This document shows positions 27,820-37,607 of a DNA stretch of 64,000 bases, one piece after another. The stretch is taken from IMG/VR virus record IMGVR_UViG_3300035696_000004, positions 96,001 through 160,000 of that record, one strand, 5' to 3'. Numbering within the stretch: the first letter of the stretch is position 1; every line of letters begins with the position of its first letter. The DNA is from a virus. Its lineage: Duplodnaviria > Caudoviricetes. Under the pieces are notes generated by a model that was not told where the DNA came from, made no database searches, and saw nothing but the letters and a program-made list of their open reading frames with translations. The translations under genes and the position numbers were made by a program.

Positions 27820-29141
27820 TCACTCCCAATGCAAGCCTTTATCAAAATGAGGATAAAGGGGATGAAATAAAAACGCTCCATCTCGCCCCAGTTGTCCACA
27901 TCGTTGGCGAGTGCCACGAGCTTGTGCGTCTCAATCGCTTTATGACTGAGATAATCCCACACACAAAGTTCGAGTACGGACTGACCTGGCGAGGTCTGCG
28001 TATAAAATGCTTCGGAGAAGATGTAGTACGTATCCGTCAGCACCGGCGTAATGAGCGCTACGCCATCCAGTGTCCCGATAATGCTGGGTATCTTGGAAGG
28101 CTTCAGCACATTGGGTCGAACTTGCTTACGGGTCATGTAGGTCGGTTTGTCGATTCCGTATACCGGGTCAGTCGGGTATACAACATAAGAAAACCCACTG
28201 TAATAAATTCCCTCGAAGACAGGGTCCCATGGGAAGGTCGATACAGGGACGACACCGACCTGTTTCGCCATCCGACGAGTGACGCGTGCATCCCGCTTCA
28301 CCATCGCGTCCCAGATTGTGGGTGAAAGTGTACCTTCGTCGCCATCACAATTCAGGATACGATTCATCCGAATCTTGAATGAATCTTTATTGGAGAAGAA
28401 CTTGGTGATATTCTTCATCAAGAACGGATCGTACGTCGGATGTGTTTGGTCCGGCAGCATCAGCGTTTTGTATTCCGTGCTACTGAAGTGATCAAAGTAC
28501 TCATTCGTCAGGAGAGTTCGGATCTCTCCCAGCGCTGTCATGTTGATCCATTCCTCTTTCGTGACCAGAGGATTGCGGCCATACATGAGGTAGCTGTTGA
28601 CGTAGAAATATTCCTTGACCACCTTGGAGAGCAAGTCTCCTTTTCGAAGATCAGTAGCATAATCAATCAACATGTACTCGATGGAGTAGCACGTATTCTT
28701 GAAGATGGTCTTTCGCTCGGAGTTGGTGATCTGGAAGACAGCCTCACGACCGTCCCCGATATCCGCCAAGAACATATCCCCTGCATTAGGGATCAGGAAG
28801 GGATAGACGTTAGCCGCACCGGTCACGACCATCGCCTTGGTTTCATCGTCTTGCGTTTGGGCGAGAGGTGTGGTCACCTTCAGGATCATCGAATTGATCT
28901 TGGCGTACTGCTGGTAGATCGCTTCGCGATTCACACTTTGGCCAGAGAGTGCGCTATCGGAATTCAGCACCTGACTGAAGTAATCTACCGTCCAGGGTGA
29001 ACCCTCGATATTGACGAGGATCGTGCTGTCCGGATCATACGTCGTATCGACGATGATATCTTGCCATTCCGGCTTGGCAATCTCGGTGATCGTTTCAATC
29101 GGTTCTTCGGGTGCGCCCGGGAGATCAGTTACCAGTGGCAT
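27816..29141 (-). CDS. conserved phiKZ-like virion structural protein
   Basis: IEGSPWTVDYFSQVL, YPFLIPNAGDMFLADIGDG. Confidence 0.7.
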   Translation of the reverse strand: MPLVTDLPGAPEEPIETITEIAKPEWQDIIVDTTYDPDSTILVNIEGSPWTVDYFSQVLNSDSALSGQSVNREAIYQQYAKINSMILKVTTPLAQTQDDETKAMVVTGAANVYPFLIPNAGDMFLADIGDGREAVFQITNSERKTIFKNTCYSIEYMLIDYATDLRKGDLLSKVVKEYFYVNSYLMYGRNPLVTKEEWINMTALGEIRTLLTNEYFDHFSSTEYKTLMLPDQTHPTYDPFLMKNITKFFSNKDSFKIRMNRILNCDGDEGTLSPTIWDAMVKRDARVTRRMAKQVGVVPVSTFPWDPVFEGIYYSGFSYVVYPTDPVYGIDKPTYMTRKQVRPNVLKPSKIPSIIGTLDGVALITPVLTDTYYIFSEAFYTQTSPGQSVLELCVWDYLSHKAIETHKLVALANDVDNWGEMERFYFIPFILILIKACIGSD

Positions 29142-30687
29142 GTCGGTCTACCTTGATAGTGAGGGTCTGTACAGTTTTCATGGCGTACATTTGTCCGCTC
29201 GACTGTACTTTCGATGTGGTTCCATTGATCTCGAGTGTCGCCTTCTGGAGATCCGTTTTTGTCAGATAGGTTCCATTAATGAGTGTCGGCAAGAGACCTC
29301 TTTCCCCTAGACGAGGATTGATTGCATTGATGATCTTGATCGCTGCTGCACCATTCTGCCGTAAACGGTCTTGGGCCGCTGTCGTGAGCAACGATAGGTC
29401 ACGAACAATGGCGAAACGAGCATGGTACGTCTGCCGCATTGATGGATCAGACGCTAGCGTCACATTCAGATCGCTGTCGACAGTAAACGTGGTTGTATCC
29501 ATCGAATAGACGCTTTCATACAGCGTCAAGACGAATACCGAGTTGTACGGAGTCGTGATATACGCGGCTTCCTTTTTCAGGAAAGTCGCGACGTCTGGAT
29601 CCAAGACATGTGACCCAAGCTCCAGCATGTTGAAGAGGGCTTTTGGGTTTGTTGTGTCCAACTGAATCGCTGCGCCATACACACGCTGAGTAGACTTCGG
29701 AACCTGGAAAGGAACAAACTCATCCCATATCGGGAGTTGGATACCTTGTTCAGCGAGACGCCGACTCTTGACTTGACTACCAGCTTCAAAGTACGCCAAG
29801 CACTGGCTAGACAAGCTGTAATAGCTCGCATAGTCGAATTGGTTGCGCGCAGGCTGCTCTGTCTCCGCGGGGCGATACTTGATGAACTGGTTGTGGATCA
29901 TCAATGGCCAGAACATCACACACCCGACAGGCTTCTCATACCGCACCTTATAGGAGAACGAAATGACCCAGGTGCTGGAGTCGTCTTCTTTGCTCCCTTG
30001 CTCAGGCTCCCCAGTGAAGTCGTACGTGCCTAAGACACGCCCTTGGGTCTCGGCTACACCCCAATGTCCTTGGGTGCCTCCCATGGTTTCAAGGAAGTGC
30101 AGACGAGGCGTTGAGTTATTGAGGACGTAAGCCTCCCACGTATCTCCGTATCCATCGATATTTTCACGGAGACGATAAATCTCCTTGAGCACCACCATGA
30201 ATTCAAGGGGGATCAAATAGTGGTACTTTACGCTGAAGACCCGTTGATCCAGATACATCGAAATCTTGGTTCGAATCTCATCGCGCCACCGGATGGCTTC
30301 GACTTTATCGACGGTCTTGTACGAGAAGTTTATCGTCAGATCCTTCGTGCTGTACACGGGGCGGATACTGGTAGCCAGATTATCATCCCGGAAGAGAAAG
30401 GCGTTCTCAGGGCGTGTTACGGCCTCGGAAAGCACATTCTCGAGCACCGTTTCCTCACTGATATCAATCTTGACTTGATTGATATTCGCAAACCGCACAG
30501 TATCGTCACCTTTCACCTTGGTGATGGACGAACCCTGCTGCATCATCTTTCCAGTATCGCCTGGAAAGTAAATTCGAGTATCGCTCGAGATACCGGTTTG
30601 TTCGAAGAGAGTTCGCGTCACGTCAAAGATCAAAGGACGGAGGACGTTCTCTTGTGTTTCCGGATTACTCAGATAAACTTTAGGCAT
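29125..30687 (-). CDS. conserved phiKZ-like virion structural protein
   Basis: 520 aa; SIRPVYS, YEKPVGC, PLMIHNQ; core operon. Confidence 0.7.
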   Translation of the reverse strand: MPKVYLSNPETQENVLRPLIFDVTRTLFEQTGISSDTRIYFPGDTGKMMQQGSSITKVKGDDTVRFANINQVKIDISEETVLENVLSEAVTRPENAFLFRDDNLATSIRPVYSTKDLTINFSYKTVDKVEAIRWRDEIRTKISMYLDQRVFSVKYHYLIPLEFMVVLKEIYRLRENIDGYGDTWEAYVLNNSTPRLHFLETMGGTQGHWGVAETQGRVLGTYDFTGEPEQGSKEDDSSTWVISFSYKVRYEKPVGCVMFWPLMIHNQFIKYRPAETEQPARNQFDYASYYSLSSQCLAYFEAGSQVKSRRLAEQGIQLPIWDEFVPFQVPKSTQRVYGAAIQLDTTNPKALFNMLELGSHVLDPDVATFLKKEAAYITTPYNSVFVLTLYESVYSMDTTTFTVDSDLNVTLASDPSMRQTYHARFAIVRDLSLLTTAAQDRLRQNGAAAIKIINAINPRLGERGLLPTLINGTYLTKTDLQKATLEINGTTSKVQSSGQMYAMKTVQTLTIKVDRHATGN

Positions 30688-30727
30688 GGTGGAAATCTCT
30701 GTTTGACAGAATCATAGAATCCGCACC

Positions 30728-30773
30728 TGACAGCATAAAAGGAGAGAGCCCGAAGGCTCTCTCCTCTATGACA
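30728..30773 (-). terminator. cUUCGg hairpin terminator followed by TTTTATGCTGTCA
   Basis: GGAGAGAGCC-TTCG-GGCTCTCTCC. Confidence 0.85.
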
Positions 30774-30782
30774 GCTCAGCGC

Positions 30783-32126
30783 TTACTTGTAGCAAGCGAT
30801 GGAGCGTTCGACCATCACGATGGCGGACTTGCCCGAACGGAGCAGGTGACCCATCAGTTGACCAGCCGGATCCTTAGTCCAGGACGCGAAGGCGGTGTTG
30901 AAGGACAGAATGGCCTTGAATTCGCGACCCTTCAGCTTCTCGTCGTCCTTCTCGCTGTTTTGCAGCTTGTCGCACTCGGAAGCAGCCTTGCCCGAAGCGG
31001 TCTTCAGGGTTTCGGACGCCTTCTTCAGATCACCGAACTTCTTGCCGCGACCGAAGTCTTCGACCAGACGCAGGATCTTCTCGATGTTGCCCAGGACAGC
31101 TTCCATTTCCGACGGGGACATGGCGGCGAACTTGTGTTCACCGGTCACTTCACCGCCGGTACGCTTGGTCGGAACGAGTTCCAGACCGGCCTTGCGCCAG
31201 CGTTCCAGGCTACCCAGATGACCTTGTTCGGAAACCGAGTCCGAGAACTGCTTGGTCAGCAGACTCACACCGCCGAGCAGCGGGTGACCGATCTGGCAAT
31301 TGTAGCCAGAGTAGCGGGTATCAGCCGAGGCGCCCGGTACCTTGAGGGCACTGAACTTGCTCTTCAGGAGGTCCTTGACTTCCACGCACTTCGCAGCGGT
31401 GTTGTCGGGCTTCACTTCGCCGATGATCTTGGCGAGGCCTTCGCCGACGGATACGACAGCCGGAGCGTAGGTCGTGAACGCGAACGAAGCGGCGCCTTCC
31501 AGGGTGCTCAGGGCGGCCTTCAGTTCGGTGGCGTTCTTGACGACCTTGCCATCTTCAGCCAGGCCAGCCGGCGAAGCGATCTTGAAGTCCGACTTTTCTT
31601 TGTTCAGCTCCATCTTACGGCAGGCTTCGGCCTTGGTCTTCAGACCTTCGATCTGACGACGCATCACCGGCACGTTGCCGACGACCTTGTAGAAGAAGTC
31701 GGAGATGTACTTCCAAATCTTCTTCAGGTATTCCAGGATGGTGTTCCAGATCCGGCGAGCGGTGTCGGTCGCAGCTTCCATGGCGATACGGCTGCCACGA
31801 GCGGATTCGGTAGCGACTTCCTGGACCGGGATGGTGGATTCCGGTTCCACTTCGGTACCGGCCACGGCCATTTGGGTGGCCACGCCGATCAGTTCGGCTT
31901 CACGCGGGGTGACTTCGTCCGAACCATTGCCCATGACTTCGGCCAGGTCTTCGAAAGCTTCACCGATTTCCAGGGCCTGGCCCGCTTCTTTGGCAGCCGC
32001 GTCAGCCGCAGCCAGATCCACCGGAGCTTCCATCACCAGGAGTTCTTCTTCTTCCATCGACAGGGTGTACATACCACCGACGGGAAGATGTGCGGATTCA
32101 ACCGCGAGATTCAGAATCGAACGCAT
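30783..32126 (-). CDS. internal head (inner-body) protein with acidic propeptide
   Basis: Acidic N-terminus, AME-A cleavage-like site followed by IWNTILEYLKKIW helix; phiKZ gp93-97-like paralog family; strong codon bias. Confidence 0.8.
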   Translation of the reverse strand: MRSILNLAVESAHLPVGGMYTLSMEEEELLVMEAPVDLAAADAAAKEAGQALEIGEAFEDLAEVMGNGSDEVTPREAELIGVATQMAVAGTEVEPESTIPVQEVATESARGSRIAMEAATDTARRIWNTILEYLKKIWKYISDFFYKVVGNVPVMRRQIEGLKTKAEACRKMELNKEKSDFKIASPAGLAEDGKVVKNATELKAALSTLEGAASFAFTTYAPAVVSVGEGLAKIIGEVKPDNTAAKCVEVKDLLKSKFSALKVPGASADTRYSGYNCQIGHPLLGGVSLLTKQFSDSVSEQGHLGSLERWRKAGLELVPTKRTGGEVTGEHKFAAMSPSEMEAVLGNIEKILRLVEDFGRGKKFGDLKKASETLKTASGKAASECDKLQNSEKDDEKLKGREFKAILSFNTAFASWTKDPAGQLMGHLLRSGKSAIVMVERSIACYK

Positions 32127-32199
32127 GTTTCGTTTACCTTGTATCGAGAGAGTGATTGGGAGAGACTCATCGAGTCTCTCCCTCTGAAGAGGTGCTGGC

Positions 32200-33504
32200 T
32201 TACTTCTTGCCGTATTGCTTCAGCGACTGTTCGCCGTAGGCCAGGAACGCCTTGGTGGCGCTCAGGGTGTACAGGGCAAACTTGACGTACGGCTGATCCA
32301 CGATGTTCGGGAAAGCCGAAGCGATCTTCTGAGCCTTTTGGATGTTGGCCTTCTTGGCTTCGTCGGCTTCCTTGCCGGCGGCGCCGTCCAGCTTTTCAGC
32401 AGCGGAGATGGCCTTCTTCTTCAAGTTGCTGGCGGCTTCCTTCGAGGAACGATAGTTCTTCAGGATGCCGGCGATGGCTTTCGCTTCCTTGGCCAGCGCG
32501 ATGACTTCTTGCGAGGTCAGGGTCTTCAGTTCGAGTTCCGGTGCCTTGGAGCCCTTCTTGAACTCGGTCACCGTACCGCCTTGACCGGCCAGGCCGTCGA
32601 TGTTTTCGGCTTGGAAGAACAGGACCGCTTTCCCGCCCGGGAGTTCGGGGGTGGACAGGAGCTTGGTGTTCGGACGCGCTTCACCGTGACCTTGGTCGGT
32701 GCTGGCGGCGGTCAGACCGGCCGGGGCATGGGACGAGAAGCTTTCGGTCGGAGCAGCGCCACTGGTCGCGATGGCTTCCAGAGCGGTGACAGCGGCTTCA
32801 CCCGCGGTACCGGCCATCGCCTTCCAACCGTTGAAGATTTCTTCAGCGGTCTTCTTCAGGACAGCCATGCCGGCTTGTCCGGCGGCGGAGCCGATGTAGA
32901 TTTCCTTGACGATGCCGGGGCTGGCGAAGTTTTCCTTCTTGTCGCCGGTGGTCTTGGCGGCAGCAGCCAGCAGCGCATCAGCACGCTTGTCGAGGGTTTC
33001 GTAGGCACCGAACAGTTTGTTCCAGTGGTCTTCGATGAACTTCCAGGCCTTTTTCAGAGCCTCGATGATCTTCTTCCAGATGTCTTTGATCTGGTCGCCG
33101 ACGGCTTCCAGGGCGAACTGCGTCGCACGCGTCCGACTGGAGGCTGCACCGAAGTCTTCCAGAGCCGGCATCGGCTTCACGGACAGACCCAGGCGACCGA
33201 CTTCACGTTGTACTGCCACTTGGAAGATGCGGGCGCCGTACTTGTCGAAGCCACCATTTTGCAGGGCTTCTTGAGCGACTTCTTCCAGTTCACCCAGGGC
33301 GTCGACGGTTTCGCCGGCTTCTTCGGTGTTGGCTTGGTCGGTTTCGACTTCGACGTCGGAATCGTTCACTTCCAGGACGTCGTCGGACAGTTCAGCGCCG
33401 GTCTCGGCGACTTCAACGGCTTCAGGGGTGGAACCGCCTTCGAGTTCACGACGACGTTGTTCTTCTTCCAGGGCAACACCAAAACTTCTGCGAATGGAAC
33501 GCAT
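32200..33504 (-). CDS. internal head (inner-body) protein with acidic propeptide
   Basis: ALE-E, ALE-D and ALE-A motifs, then IKDIWKKIIEALKKAW; strong codon bias. Confidence 0.8.
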   Translation of the reverse strand: MRSIRRSFGVALEEEQRRRELEGGSTPEAVEVAETGAELSDDVLEVNDSDVEVETDQANTEEAGETVDALGELEEVAQEALQNGGFDKYGARIFQVAVQREVGRLGLSVKPMPALEDFGAASSRTRATQFALEAVGDQIKDIWKKIIEALKKAWKFIEDHWNKLFGAYETLDKRADALLAAAAKTTGDKKENFASPGIVKEIYIGSAAGQAGMAVLKKTAEEIFNGWKAMAGTAGEAAVTALEAIATSGAAPTESFSSHAPAGLTAASTDQGHGEARPNTKLLSTPELPGGKAVLFFQAENIDGLAGQGGTVTEFKKGSKAPELELKTLTSQEVIALAKEAKAIAGILKNYRSSKEAASNLKKKAISAAEKLDGAAGKEADEAKKANIQKAQKIASAFPNIVDQPYVKFALYTLSATKAFLAYGEQSLKQYGKK

Positions 33505-33613
33505 TTGAATCTCCTATTGCAATAGGTACAGCATTTGATTAATCAAGGGTAAAGGAACGACAGTACGCGCGCGGTACTTACAACAAGCGATGGTTCTAAA
33601 ACCGCTATAGTAT

Positions 33614-34219
33614 TTAGTCACGCACCCCGAAGAGGATGTGCAACGACAACAGCATGTCTTCAAAACCACCACATTGGGTCATCCACACCTGAATCAGGTG
33701 AAGGATGGAAAGACCTTCGGACTCGCTAGCCACAAGCCTGAACACGTCTTTAGCGATTTGGGTGCGCTGCATGTCTTCTCCGGATTCGGAAGCGATCGTC
33801 AAGAGCGCCATCCAGGTCTGGAGGTCCATGGAGCGGTGTCCGGTCATAATAAACCGAAAGGTATCGTCCAGAAAGTCACGATGCAGTTCGGAGCAGGTCG
33901 GTGATGCCATCTGGATATCGTACCAGATCGGGACCAGGCGCTGACCAAAAGCCTTGAGCGCGACCTTAAATACGCATTCACGGAACTCGAACATATCCGT
34001 GATCAGACGGTTTTTCAAATACCGCTGATACAGCTGATCGAGCTCCGCGTTTGATTGGATTTGTTCCGGGTTCGTATCTTGGAACAACCGCAGTGTGGGT
34101 TCCACACGCCGGAGACGAGCCTGTGCAGGAGAAATGGGCTTGGGCACCTCACACGGAAGTGCCCTCCCAACAAACCCCCGCGGATAGATCTGTAGATCCA
34201 GAGCGCCAGGGTTAGGCAT
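33614..34219 (-). CDS. conserved phiKZ-like head-associated protein
   Basis: Likely start 34219 (MPNPG); helical; between head-protein genes. Confidence 0.6.
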   Translation of the reverse strand: MPNPGALDLQIYPRGFVGRALPCEVPKPISPAQARLRRVEPTLRLFQDTNPEQIQSNAELDQLYQRYLKNRLITDMFEFRECVFKVALKAFGQRLVPIWYDIQMASPTCSELHRDFLDDTFRFIMTGHRSMDLQTWMALLTIASESGEDMQRTQIAKDVFRLVASESEGLSILHLIQVWMTQCGGFEDMLLSLHILFGVRD

Positions 34220-35120
34220 ACTTTTGCTCCATGCGGGTGATGTCAGCATTCAAACGCTTGATGCGCTCTTCTGCGTACATGATTTGTTTTTGGACCGATG
34301 CGTCCGGCTTGCCCTGGGAGATCTTTTCCAGATTCAGCTTTTGCAGCTGGACCAGCTTCAGTTCTTCCCGAGCCGCGTTGTAGCGTCGAACTTGCATTTC
34401 GGCAATGCGCATCCCGAAGTGGAAGAACGGGTTCAGGACCACCGAGACGAAACCCATTTTCAACGGATCCACTCGGTTCATCCCGACCGTTTCCGGTACG
34501 GTGTGAACGTTGTCTTCCGTGATCTGGATATCCGGAATGGCTTCCATCTTCTTCTTGACGTCGCCATCCGTCCCTGCGCACACATTCAGCGCCGTCACGA
34601 AGTTCACGAAGTTCTGATCGATCCAGTCGTAATCTGCCGGCGCCATGGCATCCGCAACATTCAGTTCGGCATCATCTTGAGCCGATGCGGTTTCCATGAC
34701 GAACGTATAGATCAAGAAGCGACGCGCGTAACGCGCCACGAAACCCGAGAACTCGACGTATTGAAGGAGCTGTGCCTTCATGAACGTCAAGCCACTAGCC
34801 GCGGTAGTCGGGGTGAAGACCTGTTCAGCCAGATGCTCCACATCGATCAGGTTCCGCAGCACTTCGGGTAGCAGCGAATCGATCGTATTGATGATGTTGC
34901 CGCTCTTCTTGTTGATCAGGGAGTTGAACGAGCCGATCTTTATTTCCATCTGCTCGGACTTGAACTTCCAGGACTTGAGCAGCGGTAGCGCGACCCGGCT
35001 GTAAGCGGGAATCGTTTCCTTCTCGAGTTCTGCTTTGATCTTGATGATCTCGCCGAGGATCTCATCCTTTTCGAGCATCGGAACCAAAGACTTCACGAAT
35101 TTATCGATTTTCATTTGCAC
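34212..35120 (-). CDS. phiKZ-like major inner-body/head protein
   Basis: 302 aa; NPFFHFGMRIAEMQVRRY, LQLQKLNLE. Confidence 0.7.
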   Translation of the reverse strand: MQMKIDKFVKSLVPMLEKDEILGEIIKIKAELEKETIPAYSRVALPLLKSWKFKSEQMEIKIGSFNSLINKKSGNIINTIDSLLPEVLRNLIDVEHLAEQVFTPTTAASGLTFMKAQLLQYVEFSGFVARYARRFLIYTFVMETASAQDDAELNVADAMAPADYDWIDQNFVNFVTALNVCAGTDGDVKKKMEAIPDIQITEDNVHTVPETVGMNRVDPLKMGFVSVVLNPFFHFGMRIAEMQVRRYNAAREELKLVQLQKLNLEKISQGKPDASVQKQIMYAEERIKRLNADITRMEQKYA

Positions 35121-35130
35121 TTACCTTGTA

Positions 35131-36459
35131 TCACAGGGCCGGACTGTGACCCAGACTGTAGGCCTTCAGAATGTCCGATACATCCGGACCCGAGGATTTC
35201 GCGCTCATCTTGAGTTCACGGGACGACACTTCGGTCTTCTCGTTGATACCGCGAGAATAGAACGTGATGCGGTCCAGGCTCTTGTCGATGACGACGATGA
35301 ACATGAGCGACGTCGGTTCGAATAGCTTTTCACGAACCTTGAAGTCCTTGATCTGACCGTTGATTTCCAGTTCGATCTTGGCCTTGGTCGTTTCGGACAT
35401 GATGACCATATTCGAAGCCGTCGCGACGGACGGGTTGCCAGAGACCAGGGTAGCGAGTTGGTTGGCACGCTTACGCATCAGGATGTTGGTGTACGCACCA
35501 TCCTTGTCAGCCATCAAATGGCGACGGTGTGCTTCGATCACGTCCAAGCAGAGCACGATGTCACGGATGAAGGCCAGGCGGCCCGACTTCCAACCATGGT
35601 AACGTTCATGCGCGCTCGTATCCTTGCTGGAACTGGATAAATTATGAACCAACGATTCAGAAGGAAGCGAACTCGTGACCAGACGAACCGAAACAGGGAT
35701 CGTGGTACTCTGATTCCCGTCCTTCAATTCGACAGCCAGCATCTTGCCGACGGCGAGGTTGGAGAGTTCCTTGAGGGATGCCAGCGTATCGCGACCAAAC
35801 GAGACACCTTGGTCGTGACCGTACATCGCTTCGAGGAATGTCTCTTTCTCGGTCTTGTTCCCGCTGTTGGCGTTTCCGGTGGAGCCTTTACCTCCGCCAC
35901 CATTACCGTTGCCATTGCCCTTACCGCCACCGAACATGCCGTTCGGAGGACCGCCAGCGGCTGTCGTGGCGTTGTTGACCTTCTCGGCTTCGTCCTGCGC
36001 TTTTTTCTTGGCATCGGCACCCGAAAAACGACCGGCATATTTTGCCGCTTGCGCGGCGCTCAACGCTTCAGCAGCGTAGGTGTCACCAGGTGTGGGAAGA
36101 CCGAACTTGTAGCTTTCTTCGGCAAGCATGTAGCCTGCCAGACTCGTCCCCGAGCTCATCAACGCATCGCCAGGATTGCGGTGCGGATTCAGCTTGTCGA
36201 GCTGTTTGATCACGTCGATACGACCGACCTGTTGCGAAATCGCAACCCCTTGCAGGTAGAAGCCTGCAAACCGCGAGAGCAACGTCTGCAACAGATCGTG
36301 CAGGCATTCTTCGTTCATGCAATCGGTGTCGATCAGAACGATAGGTTCAACACGCGTCGGTCTCGTGTAGTCGATGAGCGAATCCGATTTACCGCTCCGC
36401 CACAGATCGCCTATGCGACGCAGAGCACTGATGCCGATGGTGGCAAGGTCGAAGGACAT
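35131..36459 (-). CDS. phiKZ-like inner-body/head protein
   Basis: DSLIDYTRPTRVEPIVLID, NLAVGKML, KSGRLAFIRD; Gly/Asn linker. Confidence 0.75.
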   Translation of the reverse strand: MSFDLATIGISALRRIGDLWRSGKSDSLIDYTRPTRVEPIVLIDTDCMNEECLHDLLQTLLSRFAGFYLQGVAISQQVGRIDVIKQLDKLNPHRNPGDALMSSGTSLAGYMLAEESYKFGLPTPGDTYAAEALSAAQAAKYAGRFSGADAKKKAQDEAEKVNNATTAAGGPPNGMFGGGKGNGNGNGGGGKGSTGNANSGNKTEKETFLEAMYGHDQGVSFGRDTLASLKELSNLAVGKMLAVELKDGNQSTTIPVSVRLVTSSLPSESLVHNLSSSSKDTSAHERYHGWKSGRLAFIRDIVLCLDVIEAHRRHLMADKDGAYTNILMRKRANQLATLVSGNPSVATASNMVIMSETTKAKIELEINGQIKDFKVREKLFEPTSLMFIVVIDKSLDRITFYSRGINEKTEVSSRELKMSAKSSGPDVSDILKAYSLGHSPAL

Positions 36460-36495
36460 AATGGCTTTCCTTACATTTCAAGATTGGAGATTTAA

Positions 36496-37590
36496 ATGAG
36501 TACGACGCCTATCGCTCTTCCGAATGTTTCTACAATACTGGGGTCGTCGACAAGCAGTGATTTGAGTAATCTCTTTCAAACACTGCCCTCTGGCCGGATG
36601 GCGACTCCAATCGGTGACAGTTTCTGGGGGATTAACCAACTCAGTCAACCCCCAGCAATCACCATCAACCGGGACATGCATGGTCTGGTGTTTTTCACAC
36701 GTCCACGACTCAACCTGACCAATGACAACATGAGTAACGTCCGTATCTTCACGCCGCTCATGAGCACCAACCAAGACAGTATTCAATGTGCGCTGCGTTC
36801 GTATCTGGATCCGACGCTGGCACTTTCGTCATCGAACGCGATTGCGTCTTCTGTCGTTGACCCGCATCAGGCCTTCATACCTATTCTCTCAAACCACATC
36901 TTGTCGGCAAACGGATGGCCTGATCTTGATGCAGGGACATTCGTTGCACACGAGGGGGTTTATAAAGAAACATGGAGTTTTATCGATAGCATCGTTCGGA
37001 ATTATTCGACATACGATATCACGGCCAATTTCCGCAATATCCCCGGCGATCCGATCACTATGTTGATCTTTTATTGGTTGCATTATGCTGAGAATGTGTA
37101 TCTCGGAGATATGTCTCCGTATACGGATGCGCTCTTGCAAAATGAAATCGATTATACGACCCGGATTTATCGACTCGTCTTGGACGCAACCAAGACCAAA
37201 GTCCAGAAGATCGGTGCCACAGGTGCAGCGTTTCCGATCTCGTGTCCCGTGGGAGCATCGTTTAACTTCGAGTCGTCTCATCCGGTCAATGCAAGTAATG
37301 ATCAAATCCCCATTACGTTCCGTTGTATTGGTGCCATGTATCATGATGACATGTTAGTGCATGAATTCAATCTGACGGTACAAGCATTCAATGCCGGGAT
37401 GAAAGACGCCAATCGAACCAATTTGTATACGCAGATCCCGATGGCGTATCTGAGTCTGTTCAGGAACCGCGGGTATCCTCGTATCAATCCGGACAATTAC
37501 AATCTCGAATGGTGGGTCAGTACCTCGGCTTACAACACGGTAGTTGCCAGTCTGAATTCATCTACCATTGCTTCCAGTGAAAACTACTAA
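36496..37590 (+). CDS. phiKZ-like baseplate/tail-tube initiator protein
   Basis: GLVFFTRPRLNL, GWPD, EIDYTTRIYRLVLD, AFPISCPVGA. Confidence 0.7.
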   Translation: MSTTPIALPNVSTILGSSTSSDLSNLFQTLPSGRMATPIGDSFWGINQLSQPPAITINRDMHGLVFFTRPRLNLTNDNMSNVRIFTPLMSTNQDSIQCALRSYLDPTLALSSSNAIASSVVDPHQAFIPILSNHILSANGWPDLDAGTFVAHEGVYKETWSFIDSIVRNYSTYDITANFRNIPGDPITMLIFYWLHYAENVYLGDMSPYTDALLQNEIDYTTRIYRLVLDATKTKVQKIGATGAAFPISCPVGASFNFESSHPVNASNDQIPITFRCIGAMYHDDMLVHEFNLTVQAFNAGMKDANRTNLYTQIPMAYLSLFRNRGYPRINPDNYNLEWWVSTSAYNTVVASLNSSTIASSENY

Positions 37591-37607
37591 TCTCAATAGG
37601 TGGTAAA

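Noticed and set aside
30768-33525. Long plus-strand ORFs (505 and 436 aa) antisense to the head-protein genes
   Set aside because: Shadow ORFs expected from strong GC3 codon bias; no SD or recognisable motifs
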